The translations under genes and the position numbers were made by a program. Below the pieces are notes generated by a model that did not search any database, had not been told where the DNA came from, and saw only the letters and a list, made by a program, of their open reading frames with translations. A stretch of 52,046 nucleotides of DNA from assembly GCA_030612175.1 (NCBI GenBank), contig JAUWOJ010000001.1, forward strand, positions 1 to 52,046, read 5' to 3'. Below, one piece after another: positions 16,239-25,925 of this stretch (position 1 is its first letter; the number at the start of each line of letters is the position of its first letter). The stretch comes from Candidatus Bipolaricaulota bacterium (GTDB lineage: Bacteria; Bipolaricaulota; Bipolaricaulia; UBA7950; UBA9294).

Positions 16239-18086
16239 CTATCGGCGCAGATAGATGGCAAGCATCGATAGATCAGCCTGCGAAACGCCCGGAATGCGCG
16301 CCGCCTGGCCAAAGGAATGAGGGCGCACGTGGCCCAGCAACTCCCTTCCTTCAATGGAAAGGCTGGTAAGCTTAGCATAATCAAGTCGAGAAGGGATTCC
16401 GACATTCTCTAATCGGCGCAGGTGCTCAATTTCTCGCTCCTGTTGAGCTAGATAACCGGCATATTTGGCTTCAATCTCCACTTCGCATTTCAACTCATCC
16501 GCAAATTCTTGTTCCGCGGGCAAGAGATCGTCCAAATGGATCTGCGAGCGCTTGAGAATCTCATACAAGCTTGCCCCGTTGTTGGAAAGAGGGCTGCTTC
16601 CTTTCTCGGCAAGAATGCGATTCAGTGGGTGTTGTGGACCAATGCGTTGCTCTTTAAGTCTGGCCAGAATCTCCTTTTTTGCCTTCTCCTTGCCTAGCAT
16701 TTTTTCGTAACAGTCTTCTGGCAGAAGCCCAATCGCACGACCGATCGCTGACAGGCGCAGATCGGCGTTTCCTTCGCGCAAGCTGATGCGATATTCAGCA
16801 CGGGATGGAAGCATGCGATAGGGTTCCGTAATTCCTTTGGTAACAAGGTCATCGATCATTACTCCAATGAATGCCTGACCTCGCGACAAAATCAGTGGCT
16901 CTCTTCCACTCACGTAACAAGCGGCATTGATTCCGCTCAGGAGTCCCTGCGCGGCCGCTTCCTCATATCCCGTAGTCCCATTTAGCTGACCGGCAAGAAA
17001 CAAACCCGGGATACTGCTTACTTCAAGTGTAGGTCTAAGTTGCCCAGATCTTATGTAATCGTACTCAATATCATAGCCATAGCGCTCGATATGCGCCTGC
17101 TCAAGCCCAGCGATGCTATGAACGATTTGCTGTTGAATTTGCGGTGGAAAAGCCGTATAGATTCCTTGTAGATAGATCTCCGCGGTTTCCCTGCCTTCCG
17201 GTTCGAGGAATACCTTGTGGCTATCACGATCCGGGAAATTGATGATCTTACTCTCTAGTGATGGACAGTGCCGCGGGGTCTTGCCTATAATCAGACCATT
17301 GTAGTTTGGACTGAGGTGTAGGTTGTCTCGGATGATCTGGTGTGTTTGTTTATTGGTGTTGGTCATGTAAACCGGATAATCAGACGTAAGGACAACCGGA
17401 TCGTTCCAAAAAGAAAAAGCGAGTGGAAGTTCGCTTGTGTCTTGGCGCTCAAGGCCAGAGAAATCGATAGAGTAGCGATTAACCCGAGGAGTAGTTCCCG
17501 TGCTCAGACGATCCGTCTCGAGACCCAGTTCTTCCAGTGAGGCAGCAAGTCCAACTGATGGTGGTTCTCCGCTTCGGCCTGCTGGATAGGAAAGCTCTCC
17601 CAGGATAACTTGCCCGTTCAGGAAGGTCCCAGTAGCGATCACAACAGTCTTAGCTTCAAGCCTAAGTCCCTCTCGTAGGAGAACTCCCGCGACCTTCCCT
17701 CCAGTTGTAAGGATTTCTTCGGCCATTCCTTCGATAAGATCAAGGCCGCTTGTCTGCTCGAGAACCTGTTTCCAGAGGAGTTTATACTGTACACGATCGG
17801 TTTGAGCGCGCCGAACCTGCATCGCTGATCCCTTACTCGTGTTGAGCAGTCGCACGTTGAGCATAGCCGCATCAGTTATGCGTGCCATCTCTCCACCCAG
17901 AGCATCGATCTCGCGGACAAGTTGTGATTTCCCCGGCCCACCAATTGCTGGATTGCACGGCATTTCTGCAATCCCACACAAATTGATTGTGACAAGTGCG
18001 GTAACATGACCCAATCGAGCGGCGGCAAGCGCCGCTTCACACCCAGCATGTCCGCCGCCGACTACTACAAGGTCATAGCTCCTCAT
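16239..18086 (-). CDS. mnmG: tRNA uridine-5-carboxymethylaminomethyl modification enzyme MnmG (GidA)
   Basis: MRSYDLVVVGGGHAGCEAALAAARLG from ATG 18086. The 22-codon upstream extension in the track overlaps the SPFH gene and is not conserved-looking. Full-length MnmG architecture. Confidence 0.9.
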   Translation of the reverse strand: MRSYDLVVVGGGHAGCEAALAAARLGHVTALVTINLCGIAEMPCNPAIGGPGKSQLVREIDALGGEMARITDAAMLNVRLLNTSKGSAMQVRRAQTDRVQYKLLWKQVLEQTSGLDLIEGMAEEILTTGGKVAGVLLREGLRLEAKTVVIATGTFLNGQVILGELSYPAGRSGEPPSVGLAASLEELGLETDRLSTGTTPRVNRYSIDFSGLERQDTSELPLAFSFWNDPVVLTSDYPVYMTNTNKQTHQIIRDNLHLSPNYNGLIIGKTPRHCPSLESKIINFPDRDSHKVFLEPEGRETAEIYLQGIYTAFPPQIQQQIVHSIAGLEQAHIERYGYDIEYDYIRSGQLRPTLEVSSIPGLFLAGQLNGTTGYEEAAAQGLLSGINAACYVSGREPLILSRGQAFIGVMIDDLVTKGITEPYRMLPSRAEYRISLREGNADLRLSAIGRAIGLLPEDCYEKMLGKEKAKKEILARLKEQRIGPQHPLNRILAEKGSSPLSNNGASLYEILKRSQIHLDDLLPAEQEFADELKCEVEIEAKYAGYLAQQEREIEHLRRLENVGIPSRLDYAKLTSLSIEGRELLGHVRPHSFGQAARIPGVSQADLSMLAIYLRR

Positions 18087-18090
18087 TAAT

Positions 18091-18843
18091 CTAGGTGTGA
18101 TCCTCCTTCTTCTGGAAGAACTTAAAAAGATCAATTGGAACAGGGAATACAATGGTTGAGGCGTTTTCTGCTGAAATATCGACCAAGCTCTGCAGGTAGC
18201 GAAGCTGTAGTGCGGCTGGGTTCTTGCTGATTATACCAGCCGCTTCAGAGAGTTTGGATGCCGCTTGTAGTTCACCTTCAGCGTTGATGATCTTAGCGCG
18301 GCGTTCACGCTCAGCTTCAGCCTGTCGGGCTATTGCTCGTTGCATATCTCCTGGGATCTTCACATCCTTGATCTCTACCGATTTTACCTTAATCCCCCAT
18401 GGATCCGTTTGCTCGTCGATAATCTCCTGTAATTGCATGTTGATTCTTTCACGCTCCCCTAGAATCTGATCAAGCTCTACTCCTCCGAGGATGCTGCGCA
18501 GCGTGGTCATAGCGATCTGTCTCGTCGCTTCTAGATAGTCTTCAACTTCTACCACCGATGCACAGGGGTCAACTACTCGGAAGAAGACAACCGCGTTCAC
18601 GCTTGTTGTCACGTTATCTTTGGTGATCACTTCCTGTGGGGGAACATCAAGTACTATTGTGCGTAGACTGATCTTCACCATCTTATCAATAATTGGGATA
18701 ATGAAAAACAACCCAGGTCCTTTAGCCCCAGCCAGACGTCCAAGCCGGAAGATAACTCCCCGCTCATACTCTCGTAGGATCCGGATCGCATTGGACAAGA
18801 ACAATACGACTACTGCAACAATCGCTCCGATAGTGATTGCCAT
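18091..18843 (-). CDS. SPFH/band-7 (stomatin-like) membrane protein
   Basis: From ATG 18843, with AGGAGG 6 nt upstream: [17 protein letters not shown]...[15 protein letters not shown], and a C-terminal coiled region [16 protein letters not shown]. Confidence 0.85.
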   Translation of the reverse strand: MAITIGAIVAVVVLFLSNAIRILREYERGVIFRLGRLAGAKGPGLFFIIPIIDKMVKISLRTIVLDVPPQEVITKDNVTTSVNAVVFFRVVDPCASVVEVEDYLEATRQIAMTTLRSILGGVELDQILGERERINMQLQEIIDEQTDPWGIKVKSVEIKDVKIPGDMQRAIARQAEAERERRAKIINAEGELQAASKLSEAAGIISKNPAALQLRYLQSLVDISAENASTIVFPVPIDLFKFFQKKEDHT

Positions 18844-18932
18844 CTCATACCTCCTGTTTTTTCTCCTGATAGTTCTATTGATCATAGATTAGCGCTTCTA
18901 GAAAGTCAATTGTTTAACCGCGCCAACATAGG

Positions 18933-18941
18933 TGATATAAT
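18933..18941 (+). promoter_or_regulatory. Extended -10 element (TGaTATAAT) upstream of tpiA
   Basis: TATAAT at 18936-18941 with TG at 18933-18934, 27 nt before ATG 18968. The -35 is weak (TTTAAC). Confidence 0.4.
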
Positions 18942-18967
18942 GCCTTAACATCGGAGAGAGATAAGAA

Positions 18968-19735
18968 ATGCGCGATAGATTAGTTGCTGGCAACTGGAAG
19001 ATGAATAAGACTCCTACACAAACAGATATCTTCATCAACCGTTTCCTAGAACTCGTGGATAGCAACCATACCGCAGAGATCCTCCTCTTACCGCCATTTA
19101 CCAGCTTGGATTGGGCGGGCAAGCTACTCGCGGGGGTAGGAATCTATCTCGGTGCGCAAGACCTCTACTTTGAACCTGGCGGTCCGTTTACCGGAGAAAT
19201 CTCAGCAGAAATGCTACTGGCATGTCATTGTTCATACGTTCTAGTCGGTCACTCGGAGCGCCGAACTATCCTTAACGAAAATGAAACATTGGTTAACCGA
19301 AAGGTATTAGCAGCAACTGCTTCCGGAATTCGGCCCATCCTTTGTGTGGGTGAAACGCTAAGGGAACACCAACAAGGGAAAGCAAGAGAACGCATTTGTT
19401 TTCAGCTTGAACATGGTCTTGCCGGAATGGATCAACAAGATGCTGCATCGGTGGTGATTGCCTATGAACCATTGTGGGCGATTGGAACTGGCGAAACTGC
19501 CTCGGCTCAAGTCGCGCAGGAAACGATTAACATGATTCGTAACTGGCTTGCTGTTGCCTATGATGATTCACTATCACAGAGGATGCGTATCTTGTACGGC
19601 GGAAGCGTAAATCCTGAGAATACCGCTGCGCTGCTCGACCAGCCAGATATCGACGGGGTTCTGGTAGGTGGGGGATCGCTGTCTCCGGAAACATTTGCTC
19701 AAATCGCTAACTGTGCGGGACAATCCGTTACATAA
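18968..19735 (+). CDS. tpiA: Triosephosphate isomerase
   Basis: 255 aa. AGNWKMNKT, VGHSERR, YEPLWAIGTG and GGSV motifs. Confidence 0.95.
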   Translation: MRDRLVAGNWKMNKTPTQTDIFINRFLELVDSNHTAEILLLPPFTSLDWAGKLLAGVGIYLGAQDLYFEPGGPFTGEISAEMLLACHCSYVLVGHSERRTILNENETLVNRKVLAATASGIRPILCVGETLREHQQGKARERICFQLEHGLAGMDQQDAASVVIAYEPLWAIGTGETASAQVAQETINMIRNWLAVAYDDSLSQRMRILYGGSVNPENTAALLDQPDIDGVLVGGGSLSPETFAQIANCAGQSVT

Positions 19736-19755
19736 GCCGGAAAAAAAAGGACAGA

Positions 19756-20307
19756 ATGCTTCGTACAATTCCGAACCAAATTACACTTGCCCGTATGGCA
19801 AGCGTTCCCTTGTTTATGTTCCTGCTCCTGGCAAGAACACCACTTACCACGGTTCTCGCTATCACTATCTTCTCACTTGCTGCGATTTCCGACGCAGTTG
19901 ATGGATATCTTGCTCGCGCCCTGAAGCAGACCACTCTACTTGGTAAATTTGCCGATCCGATCGCCGATAAACTAATTGTAGTGGGGGCATTGATCTCGTT
20001 TGTTCAGTTGGGGGAACTGACCGCTGCGCCGGTAATGGTGATTGTGGCTCGGGAGTTTCTCATTACAGGCTTGCGCATCCTTGCCATAGCTCAGGGAAAA
20101 GTGATTGCGGCAAGTTTCCTTGGGAAACTAAAGACCATTTCTCAGATTGGCCTAGTCCTGGTTATTCTTGCCAGTCGGTATTTTCAGTGGGGGCGAGCAG
20201 GACAAACCACAAAAGACGCGTTCTTGTACCTTGCTATTGCCCTGGCGGTTATCTCTGCTGGGGAATACTTCTACCGTTCCCGCAAGCTGTTCAGCGAACA
20301 GCCATGA
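19756..20307 (+). CDS. pgsA: CDP-diacylglycerol--glycerol-3-phosphate 3-phosphatidyltransferase
   Basis: 183 aa. CDP-alcohol phosphatidyltransferase motif DAVDGYLAR...GKFADPIADK, with 4-5 TM segments. Confidence 0.85.
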   Translation: MLRTIPNQITLARMASVPLFMFLLLARTPLTTVLAITIFSLAAISDAVDGYLARALKQTTLLGKFADPIADKLIVVGALISFVQLGELTAAPVMVIVAREFLITGLRILAIAQGKVIAASFLGKLKTISQIGLVLVILASRYFQWGRAGQTTKDAFLYLAIALAVISAGEYFYRSRKLFSEQP

Positions 20308-20357
20308 CAGAGAGTTGATGGTCGCTGGTGGATAGGTGCAGCAAAGGAGACACTCTG

Positions 20358-21080
20358 GTGGCGCGAAATAGAACGGTCGGTATCTTGGGCGGAATGGGGC
20401 CGGAAGCAACCCTGGAGCTCTTCCGACAGATCATCGCATTGACTCCTGCGCGCAAAGATCAGGAGCATCTACACATAGTCATCGACAGCAATCCATCAAT
20501 ACCCAATCGCACAGCTGCGATCTTAGAAGATGACGAAAGTCCGCTTCCGATGATGATCAAGAGCGCAAGAGTGCTGGAGCAAGCCGGAGCGGATTTCCTC
20601 GTGATACCCTGTAATACCGCCCATTGCTGGCTCTCACATCTGCGAAAGGCTGTCTCTATCCCCATTATCGATATGATCAGCGAAACGGTAACCACTATTA
20701 CTTCTTGCAACCCGCCTATTAAGACGGTGGGCTTACTGGCGACAATGGGGACAGTGAAGTGTGGCCTTTACCAGCAAAAGTTGGGTGATCATGATGTTTC
20801 CTTGCTTGTGTCAGCGGATCAGGAACAGGCACGGATCATGGATGCCATAACGCATATCAAGGCGGGAAATCACTCAGTGAAAGGCACGGTTATGGCAGTG
20901 GCCCAGCACTTAATTGATCAAGGGGCAAGCGGGATCATCGTTGGATGTACGGAGCTTTCTTTGGTGGTCGAACAAGCTGCTCTCTCCTCTCCCCTCTTCG
21001 ATCCCCTCTCGATCCTCGCCCGCCGAGCGGTAGAGTGGGCCAAGGATAACTCCGCCCAATCGCAATGTCTACGCTACTGA
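20358..21080 (+). CDS. Aspartate/glutamate racemase-family protein (aspartate racemase-like)
   Basis: GILGGMGPEAT, with the two catalytic-Cys contexts IPCNTAH and VGCTELS. I prefer GTG 20358 (AAGGAG 8 nt upstream) to the track start 20328. Confidence 0.8.
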   Translation: MARNRTVGILGGMGPEATLELFRQIIALTPARKDQEHLHIVIDSNPSIPNRTAAILEDDESPLPMMIKSARVLEQAGADFLVIPCNTAHCWLSHLRKAVSIPIIDMISETVTTITSCNPPIKTVGLLATMGTVKCGLYQQKLGDHDVSLLVSADQEQARIMDAITHIKAGNHSVKGTVMAVAQHLIDQGASGIIVGCTELSLVVEQAALSSPLFDPLSILARRAVEWAKDNSAQSQCLRY

Positions 21081-22141
21081 TCGAGCATGGCGTTCGGATC
21101 GGTCGGATGCCTCCTGGCGCCACTAACAGTCTTACCGACGTTTCCGGCGTACGGGTCGGCCACACAACACTGATTGATGCGAGCGACGTTCGCACTGGTG
21201 TCACGGCAATCGTTCCCCATTCAGGTAACGTCTTCTACGAGAAAGTCAACGCTGCGGCAGTGACGATCAATGGATTCGGGAAAGCGATTGGCCTCCCGCA
21301 GATCAACGAATTCGGTACGATCGAGACTCCAATTCTGCTGACGAACACTCTTAACGTGGGAAAAGTAAGCGATGCCTTGATTTCGTGGGTCCTTCAACAT
21401 TATCAGCTTCCAGAGCGCTCAATTACATCAATTAACCCAATCGTTGCCGAGTGTAACGATTCATATCTAAACGACATTCAGACACGATACGTGAAAGAAG
21501 AGGACGTGTTCAGTGCGCTGGACAATGCTTCGACTGAGCCAGTCAAAGAGGGTGTGGTCGGCGCGGGAGCTGGTGTTTCTGCGTTTGAGTTCAAGAGTGG
21601 TATTGGGAGCGCTTCGCGAGTAATCGATATCAATGGCGAGCGTTATGTCATTGGCGCTCTCTCACTTCCCAATTTTGGAAGTCGAGAAGAATTGGTCATA
21701 AACGGAGTTCCCGTGGGGTGGAAACTGCGCGCTTACGAGAGAGATCTTGTTACTCGACAAGAAGAGGGATCGATTGTGATCGTGATCGCGACCGACCTTC
21801 CTCTTTCGCATCGGCAACTGGTTCGGATTGGAAAGCGGGCAAGCTTCGGCATTGCTCGCACCGGAGGCATGTGCCACAACGGAAGCGGGGAGTTTGTTAT
21901 CGCCTTTAGCGTCGCCAATAAGGTTCCCGATAGTCCCGTGCACGTTTTTCTCAGCGAACGAAGGTTAAACGACACACACTCATTGATCAACACTGTCTTT
22001 CAAGCCACCATCGAAGCGGTCGAGGAATCGATCCTTTCCGCACTCTGTGCCGCGAAAAGTACTGTAGGAAGAGGCGGCAATAGATCGGTCAAGCTCCCCA
22101 TCGGCAAGGCTCTCTCCATCCTTAACCAGCACTTGGGTTGA
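21065..22141 (+). CDS. DmpA/BapA-family (peptidase S58 / P1) aminopeptidase
   Basis: 358 aa. GATNSLTDVSGVRVGHTTL, TGVTAI and LTNT near the N-terminus and ...HNGSGE... later, as in L-aminopeptidase/D-esterase DmpA-type Ntn hydrolases. It overlaps the racemase gene by 16 nt. Confidence 0.75.
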   Translation: MSTLLIEHGVRIGRMPPGATNSLTDVSGVRVGHTTLIDASDVRTGVTAIVPHSGNVFYEKVNAAAVTINGFGKAIGLPQINEFGTIETPILLTNTLNVGKVSDALISWVLQHYQLPERSITSINPIVAECNDSYLNDIQTRYVKEEDVFSALDNASTEPVKEGVVGAGAGVSAFEFKSGIGSASRVIDINGERYVIGALSLPNFGSREELVINGVPVGWKLRAYERDLVTRQEEGSIVIVIATDLPLSHRQLVRIGKRASFGIARTGGMCHNGSGEFVIAFSVANKVPDSPVHVFLSERRLNDTHSLINTVFQATIEAVEESILSALCAAKSTVGRGGNRSVKLPIGKALSILNQHLG

Positions 22142-22335
22142 TCGATACGATCATCTGTGCACACGACAGTACATCACGATCTGCAAGTAAGTTCTCATGC
22201 TAACAGAGTTTTCGTCGCTTGGAGCTTGGAAATCTAGGATTAGGAACCCTGATGTTATGGTGAATCGTCCTTATTTTGTCAGCAAGCAAAAATGGCCTAA
22301 GATTGTGTTATTGTGGCTTTACAGGAGGAATGTGT

Positions 22336-23499
22336 ATGAGTACGCTTACTCACTTAGAATGCAGTTATTGCGAAAAGGAATACGATGCAGATGTGCTTCA
22401 AACGCTATGCCTCGAATGCGGCAAGCCACTTTTTGCATGCTATGATTTGGAAGGAACCAAGAAAAAGTGGCCGCGTGAAAGCCTTAAGGACAGTGAAACA
22501 ACGTTATGGCGCTATCGGGAGATCCTTCCAGTTAAAGATAAGGCAAATGCGGTTACCCTAGGAGAAGGATATACTCCGCTGTTCCCCGCGAGGCGATTAG
22601 GAAAAGAGCTTGGGATGAGCAACCTGTTCATCAAGGATGAAGGGCTCAATCCAACAGGATCGTTCAAAGCGCGTGGACTGTGCATGGCAATCTCTCGTGC
22701 GAAGGAACTAGGGGTGAAAGAAGTAGTCATTCCTTCAGCGGGGAACGCTGCGGGTGCAATGGCTGCATATGCTGCAAAAGCAGGCATGATTGCCCATGTA
22801 TTCGTGCCACAAGATGTTCCGCTGCCGTTTCGGATGGAGTGTCGGGCATACGGAGCACAGGTGACCCTCGTTCATGGACTGATTACCGAGTGTGGCCAAC
22901 AGGCAAGAGAGGCTGCCTTAAAACATGGTTGGTTCGACGTATCAACCCTTAAGGAGCCGTATCGCGTTGAGGGAAAGAAGACAATGGGTTACGAATTGGC
23001 AGAAGCATTCAATTGGGACCTCCCTGACGTCATCTTCTATCCAACCGGCGGTGGAACTGGACTTATTGGTATGTGGAAGGCGTTCTCCGAAATGGCGAAA
23101 CTTGGCTGGATTGGAGAGAAGCGACCTCGAATGGTCGTAGTACAGGCAGATGGGTGTGCTCCCCTTCCACGAGCATTTGAAGCTGGTGAAGAGTTCGCCA
23201 AACCATGGGAGAATGCAGCGACTGTAGCCGCAGGGTTACGTGTCCCTGGAGCGATCGGCGATTTCTTAGTCCTGCGAGCAGTAAGAGAAAGCAACGGTAC
23301 AGCTGTTGCTGTTTCTGATGAAGCTCTGATCCTGGCACAGAGCCGTATGGCGAGCCGCGAGGGTGTTTTCGCTTGCCCCGAAGGAGGCGCAACACTTGCT
23401 GCTCTAGAGAAGCTACTTGCCAAGGGTTGGATTGGGAAAGAAGAGAAGGTTGTCCTATTTAATACCGGTACTGGGCTCAAGTACCCAGAAGCAACCTGA
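22336..23499 (+). CDS. thrC: Threonine synthase (or close ThrC-family PLP enzyme) with N-terminal zinc ribbon
   Basis: From ATG 22336 (AGGAGG 7 nt upstream): LECSYCEKEY...CLECGKPL forms a CxxC...CxxC ribbon. PLP-lysine context NPTGSFKARG; GNAAGA; fold-type II layout. Confidence 0.75.
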   Translation: MSTLTHLECSYCEKEYDADVLQTLCLECGKPLFACYDLEGTKKKWPRESLKDSETTLWRYREILPVKDKANAVTLGEGYTPLFPARRLGKELGMSNLFIKDEGLNPTGSFKARGLCMAISRAKELGVKEVVIPSAGNAAGAMAAYAAKAGMIAHVFVPQDVPLPFRMECRAYGAQVTLVHGLITECGQQAREAALKHGWFDVSTLKEPYRVEGKKTMGYELAEAFNWDLPDVIFYPTGGGTGLIGMWKAFSEMAKLGWIGEKRPRMVVVQADGCAPLPRAFEAGEEFAKPWENAATVAAGLRVPGAIGDFLVLRAVRESNGTAVAVSDEALILAQSRMASREGVFACPEGGATLAALEKLLAKGWIGKEEKVVLFNTGTGLKYPEAT

Positions 23500-23662
23500 G
23501 TCTCTTGTCCTAACAGCTGTCGCGCAAGTGTTCCAGAGAAAAAGAGTTACCAGCGAGAACGTCAAAGGAGATAGCTAGGATTCTTTTTTTCTTAGTTGAA
23601 TGGTAGTTACAATGAGGATGAATACGGTCGGTAGTGCGACATTTGGTAACAGGGAGGGAAAA

Positions 23663-24686
23663 GTGCAAATTGGGGCAATTAAGCGGAGTAGGCTAGGGAT
23701 ATTTCCTACGCCTTTGGAGGAACTGAAGATGCTCAGTTCTTCGTTGGGTGGGCCGCGAATCTTCATCAAGAGAGATGATCTTGACGGGCTGGGGCTTGGA
23801 GGGAATAAACTGAGGAAGTTGGAGTATGCTATGGCAGAGGCTCTTTCACAAGGTGCGACCACCGTGATCACTACCGGAGGAGTGCAATCTAACCATTGCC
23901 GCCTTGTCGTAGCTGCAGCAAACAAGTTAGGCCTGAAGACCCACCTCATCCTTGTCGGTGAGGAGCCCCGCATAGCCACAGGAAACCTTCTTTTGGACAA
24001 GATCCTAGGAGCGGCCGGAATCCACTATGTTGTTCAACCTGATGCTTACGGAAATATCAAAGAGGGCTCAGATCCTGTAGACGAAAAGGTTCAAGAAATC
24101 AAGGAAAGGTTGATATCTCAAGGAGAGAAGCCTTACTACATCCCGAACGGTTGCCGCCCCCTTCATGGTGGTTTGGGTTATGCTAACTGCGTCCGAGAAA
24201 TTGTTGATCAACTCTACGACTATAATCTGGCCCCTAGTTCCATTATCACGGCCTGTGGATCGGCCAGCACTCAAGGAGGTCTCCTTCTTAGGTAGCAAGT
24301 TGTATTGCCAGGGAATGACGCAAGTGATCGGCATAAGTATATCCCACTCTAAGGATCAACTGATCACAAGAATTGAGGAGGCACTAGATGATGCGTGTTC
24401 CTTCTTGGGGTTGGAGTATAAGACTACCCAGGAAGTTATTGTTTACGACAACTACCTGGGGGATGGATATGGTCTTCCTACTCAAGCTATGAAGGAAGCT
24501 GTGAAATTGGTGGGCCGGAAGGAAGGGATTATTCTAGATCCCGTATATACGGGCAAAGCCATGGCCGGGCTTATCGATCTAGTTGGCAAGGGGCAATTTC
24601 GAAAGGAAGAGGCCGTAGTGTTTATTCACACTGGTGGGATCCCAGGCCTGTTTGCAGAAGAACAAGTCGCTCATTTTCAAAGATAG
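23663..24686 (+). pseudogene. D-cysteine desulfhydrase / ACC-deaminase-family PLP enzyme interrupted by one +1 frameshift near 24290
   Basis: The N-terminal part (frame of ORF 23600..24295) reads FPTPLEEL...IFIKRDDL...GGNKLRKLEY...GGVQSNH...ITACGSASTQGGLLLR*. The C-terminal part (frame of ORF 24165..24686) reads GSKLYCQGMTQVIGISISHS...DPVYTGKAMAGL...FIHTGG. Skipping A24290 joins them as ...GGLLLGSKL..., giving a normal-sized protein of about 340 aa. Preferred start is GTG 23663 (GGGAGGG 4 nt upstream). Confidence 0.75.
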
Positions 24687-24704
24687 GAAAGAGGAGATGA
24701 TAGC

Positions 24705-25916
24705 ATGTTAGTGATTAGGGGTGGAACGATCATAACGCCGGATAAGGTCATTGAAGAAGGATCTGTCCTAATTAGTGAAGGGAAGATCGCCCAAGTCGGA
24801 AAAGACATCGCTGTTCCCGCAGGGGCGAAAGTGGTCGAAGCTGGAGGTAAATTCATAATCCCTGGCATGATTGATGCCCACTGTCACACTGGAGTGTTCG
24901 CTGACGGGGTAGGGTGGGAGAAGAGTGACGGTAATGAGATGACCGATCCTATCACTCCTCATCTGAGAGCGATTGATGCCATTCATCCCGATGATATGGC
25001 CTTTAAAGACTTGAGGGAAGCAGGCGTCACGACGATCAACACAGGGCCGGGTAGCGCAAACGTGATCGGCGGTCAGACAGCCGTGATCAAGACCTGGGGC
25101 AAAACAGTTGATGAAATGCTCGTTTGCGCTCCTGTAGCGATGAAAATGGCGCTAGGGGAGAATCCAAAGAGAGTCTATGGAGAGCAAAAGAAAACCCCCT
25201 CTACTCGAATGGGTAATGCCGGAGTGCTTAGGGAATGGCTTATGAAGGCTCAGGACTATCAACAAAAAAGAGAGCGTTATGAGCAGCAACTTGCGGACTA
25301 CACGGCAAATAAAGGTAACGGAAAAGAGCCCGAACCTCCCGAAAGAGACCTTCGTCTGCAAGCGCTTGGCCAAGTCTTGAAGAGAGAGATTCCCGCCCAT
25401 GTACATGCTCATCGCGCTGATGACATGTTGACGGCCTTACGTATAGCGGCCGAATTTGATTTCAGGGTGATTTTTATCCACGCTACAGAAGGATATAAGG
25501 TGGCAGGCATTCTGGCGGAGGAAGGTATCCCTTGCGTAGTCGGCCCAATCCTCTTTTCGCGGACCAAGTATGAGCTGCGCGGTATGAACCCTAAGAATCC
25601 AGCGATACTTTCAGAAGCCGGTGTGAAGGTAGCTATTCAGACCGATCAGATGTCCGCTGTGAAGTACATTCTGTTTGACGCTGCTCTTGCAGTAAGAGAG
25701 GGAATGGATGAACAGGAGGCAATCAAAGCAATCACCATTTACCCAGCAGAGATTCTGGGAATAGCGAACAGAGTTGGAAGCCTCGAAGAAGGAAAAGACG
25801 CAGATATAGTAATCATGAGCGGTCCCCCTTTGGATGTAAAGGATTCAAGAGTAGAGAGGGTATTTATCGCCGGTAGGCAGATATACAACCGAGAAACTGA
25901 GAAAGCAAGAACGTGA
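24705..25916 (+). CDS. Metal-dependent amidohydrolase-family protein (substrate unknown)
   Basis: 403 aa. GGTIITPD...GKFIIPGMIDAHCH (HxH metal site) and C-terminal GSLEEGKDADIVI. GAGGAG SD. 18 nt after the preceding gene and 9 nt before hyuA. Confidence 0.8.
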   Translation: MLVIRGGTIITPDKVIEEGSVLISEGKIAQVGKDIAVPAGAKVVEAGGKFIIPGMIDAHCHTGVFADGVGWEKSDGNEMTDPITPHLRAIDAIHPDDMAFKDLREAGVTTINTGPGSANVIGGQTAVIKTWGKTVDEMLVCAPVAMKMALGENPKRVYGEQKKTPSTRMGNAGVLREWLMKAQDYQQKRERYEQQLADYTANKGNGKEPEPPERDLRLQALGQVLKREIPAHVHAHRADDMLTALRIAAEFDFRVIFIHATEGYKVAGILAEEGIPCVVGPILFSRTKYELRGMNPKNPAILSEAGVKVAIQTDQMSAVKYILFDAALAVREGMDEQEAIKAITIYPAEILGIANRVGSLEEGKDADIVIMSGPPLDVKDSRVERVFIAGRQIYNRETEKART

Positions 25917-25925
25917 TCGGAACAT

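Noticed and set aside
16239-18152. Longer N-terminal extensions offered by the ORF track for mnmG (18152), the SPFH protein (18885), thrC (22276), the M20 enzyme (29637), the epimerase (35689), nadE (39821) and the GNAT-like ORF (40654)
   Set aside because: In each case an internal ATG, preceded by an AGGAGG or GGGAGG-type SD, coincides with the conserved family N-terminus. The extension either overlaps the neighbouring gene or reads through the SD itself.
24165-24290. Treating ORF 24165..24686 as an independent gene starting at its own Met (MVVWVML...)
   Set aside because: Its first ~42 codons are an out-of-frame reading of the upstream gene fragment and carry no family similarity. Homology in this frame begins only at GSKLY (24291), consistent with a single frameshifted gene.
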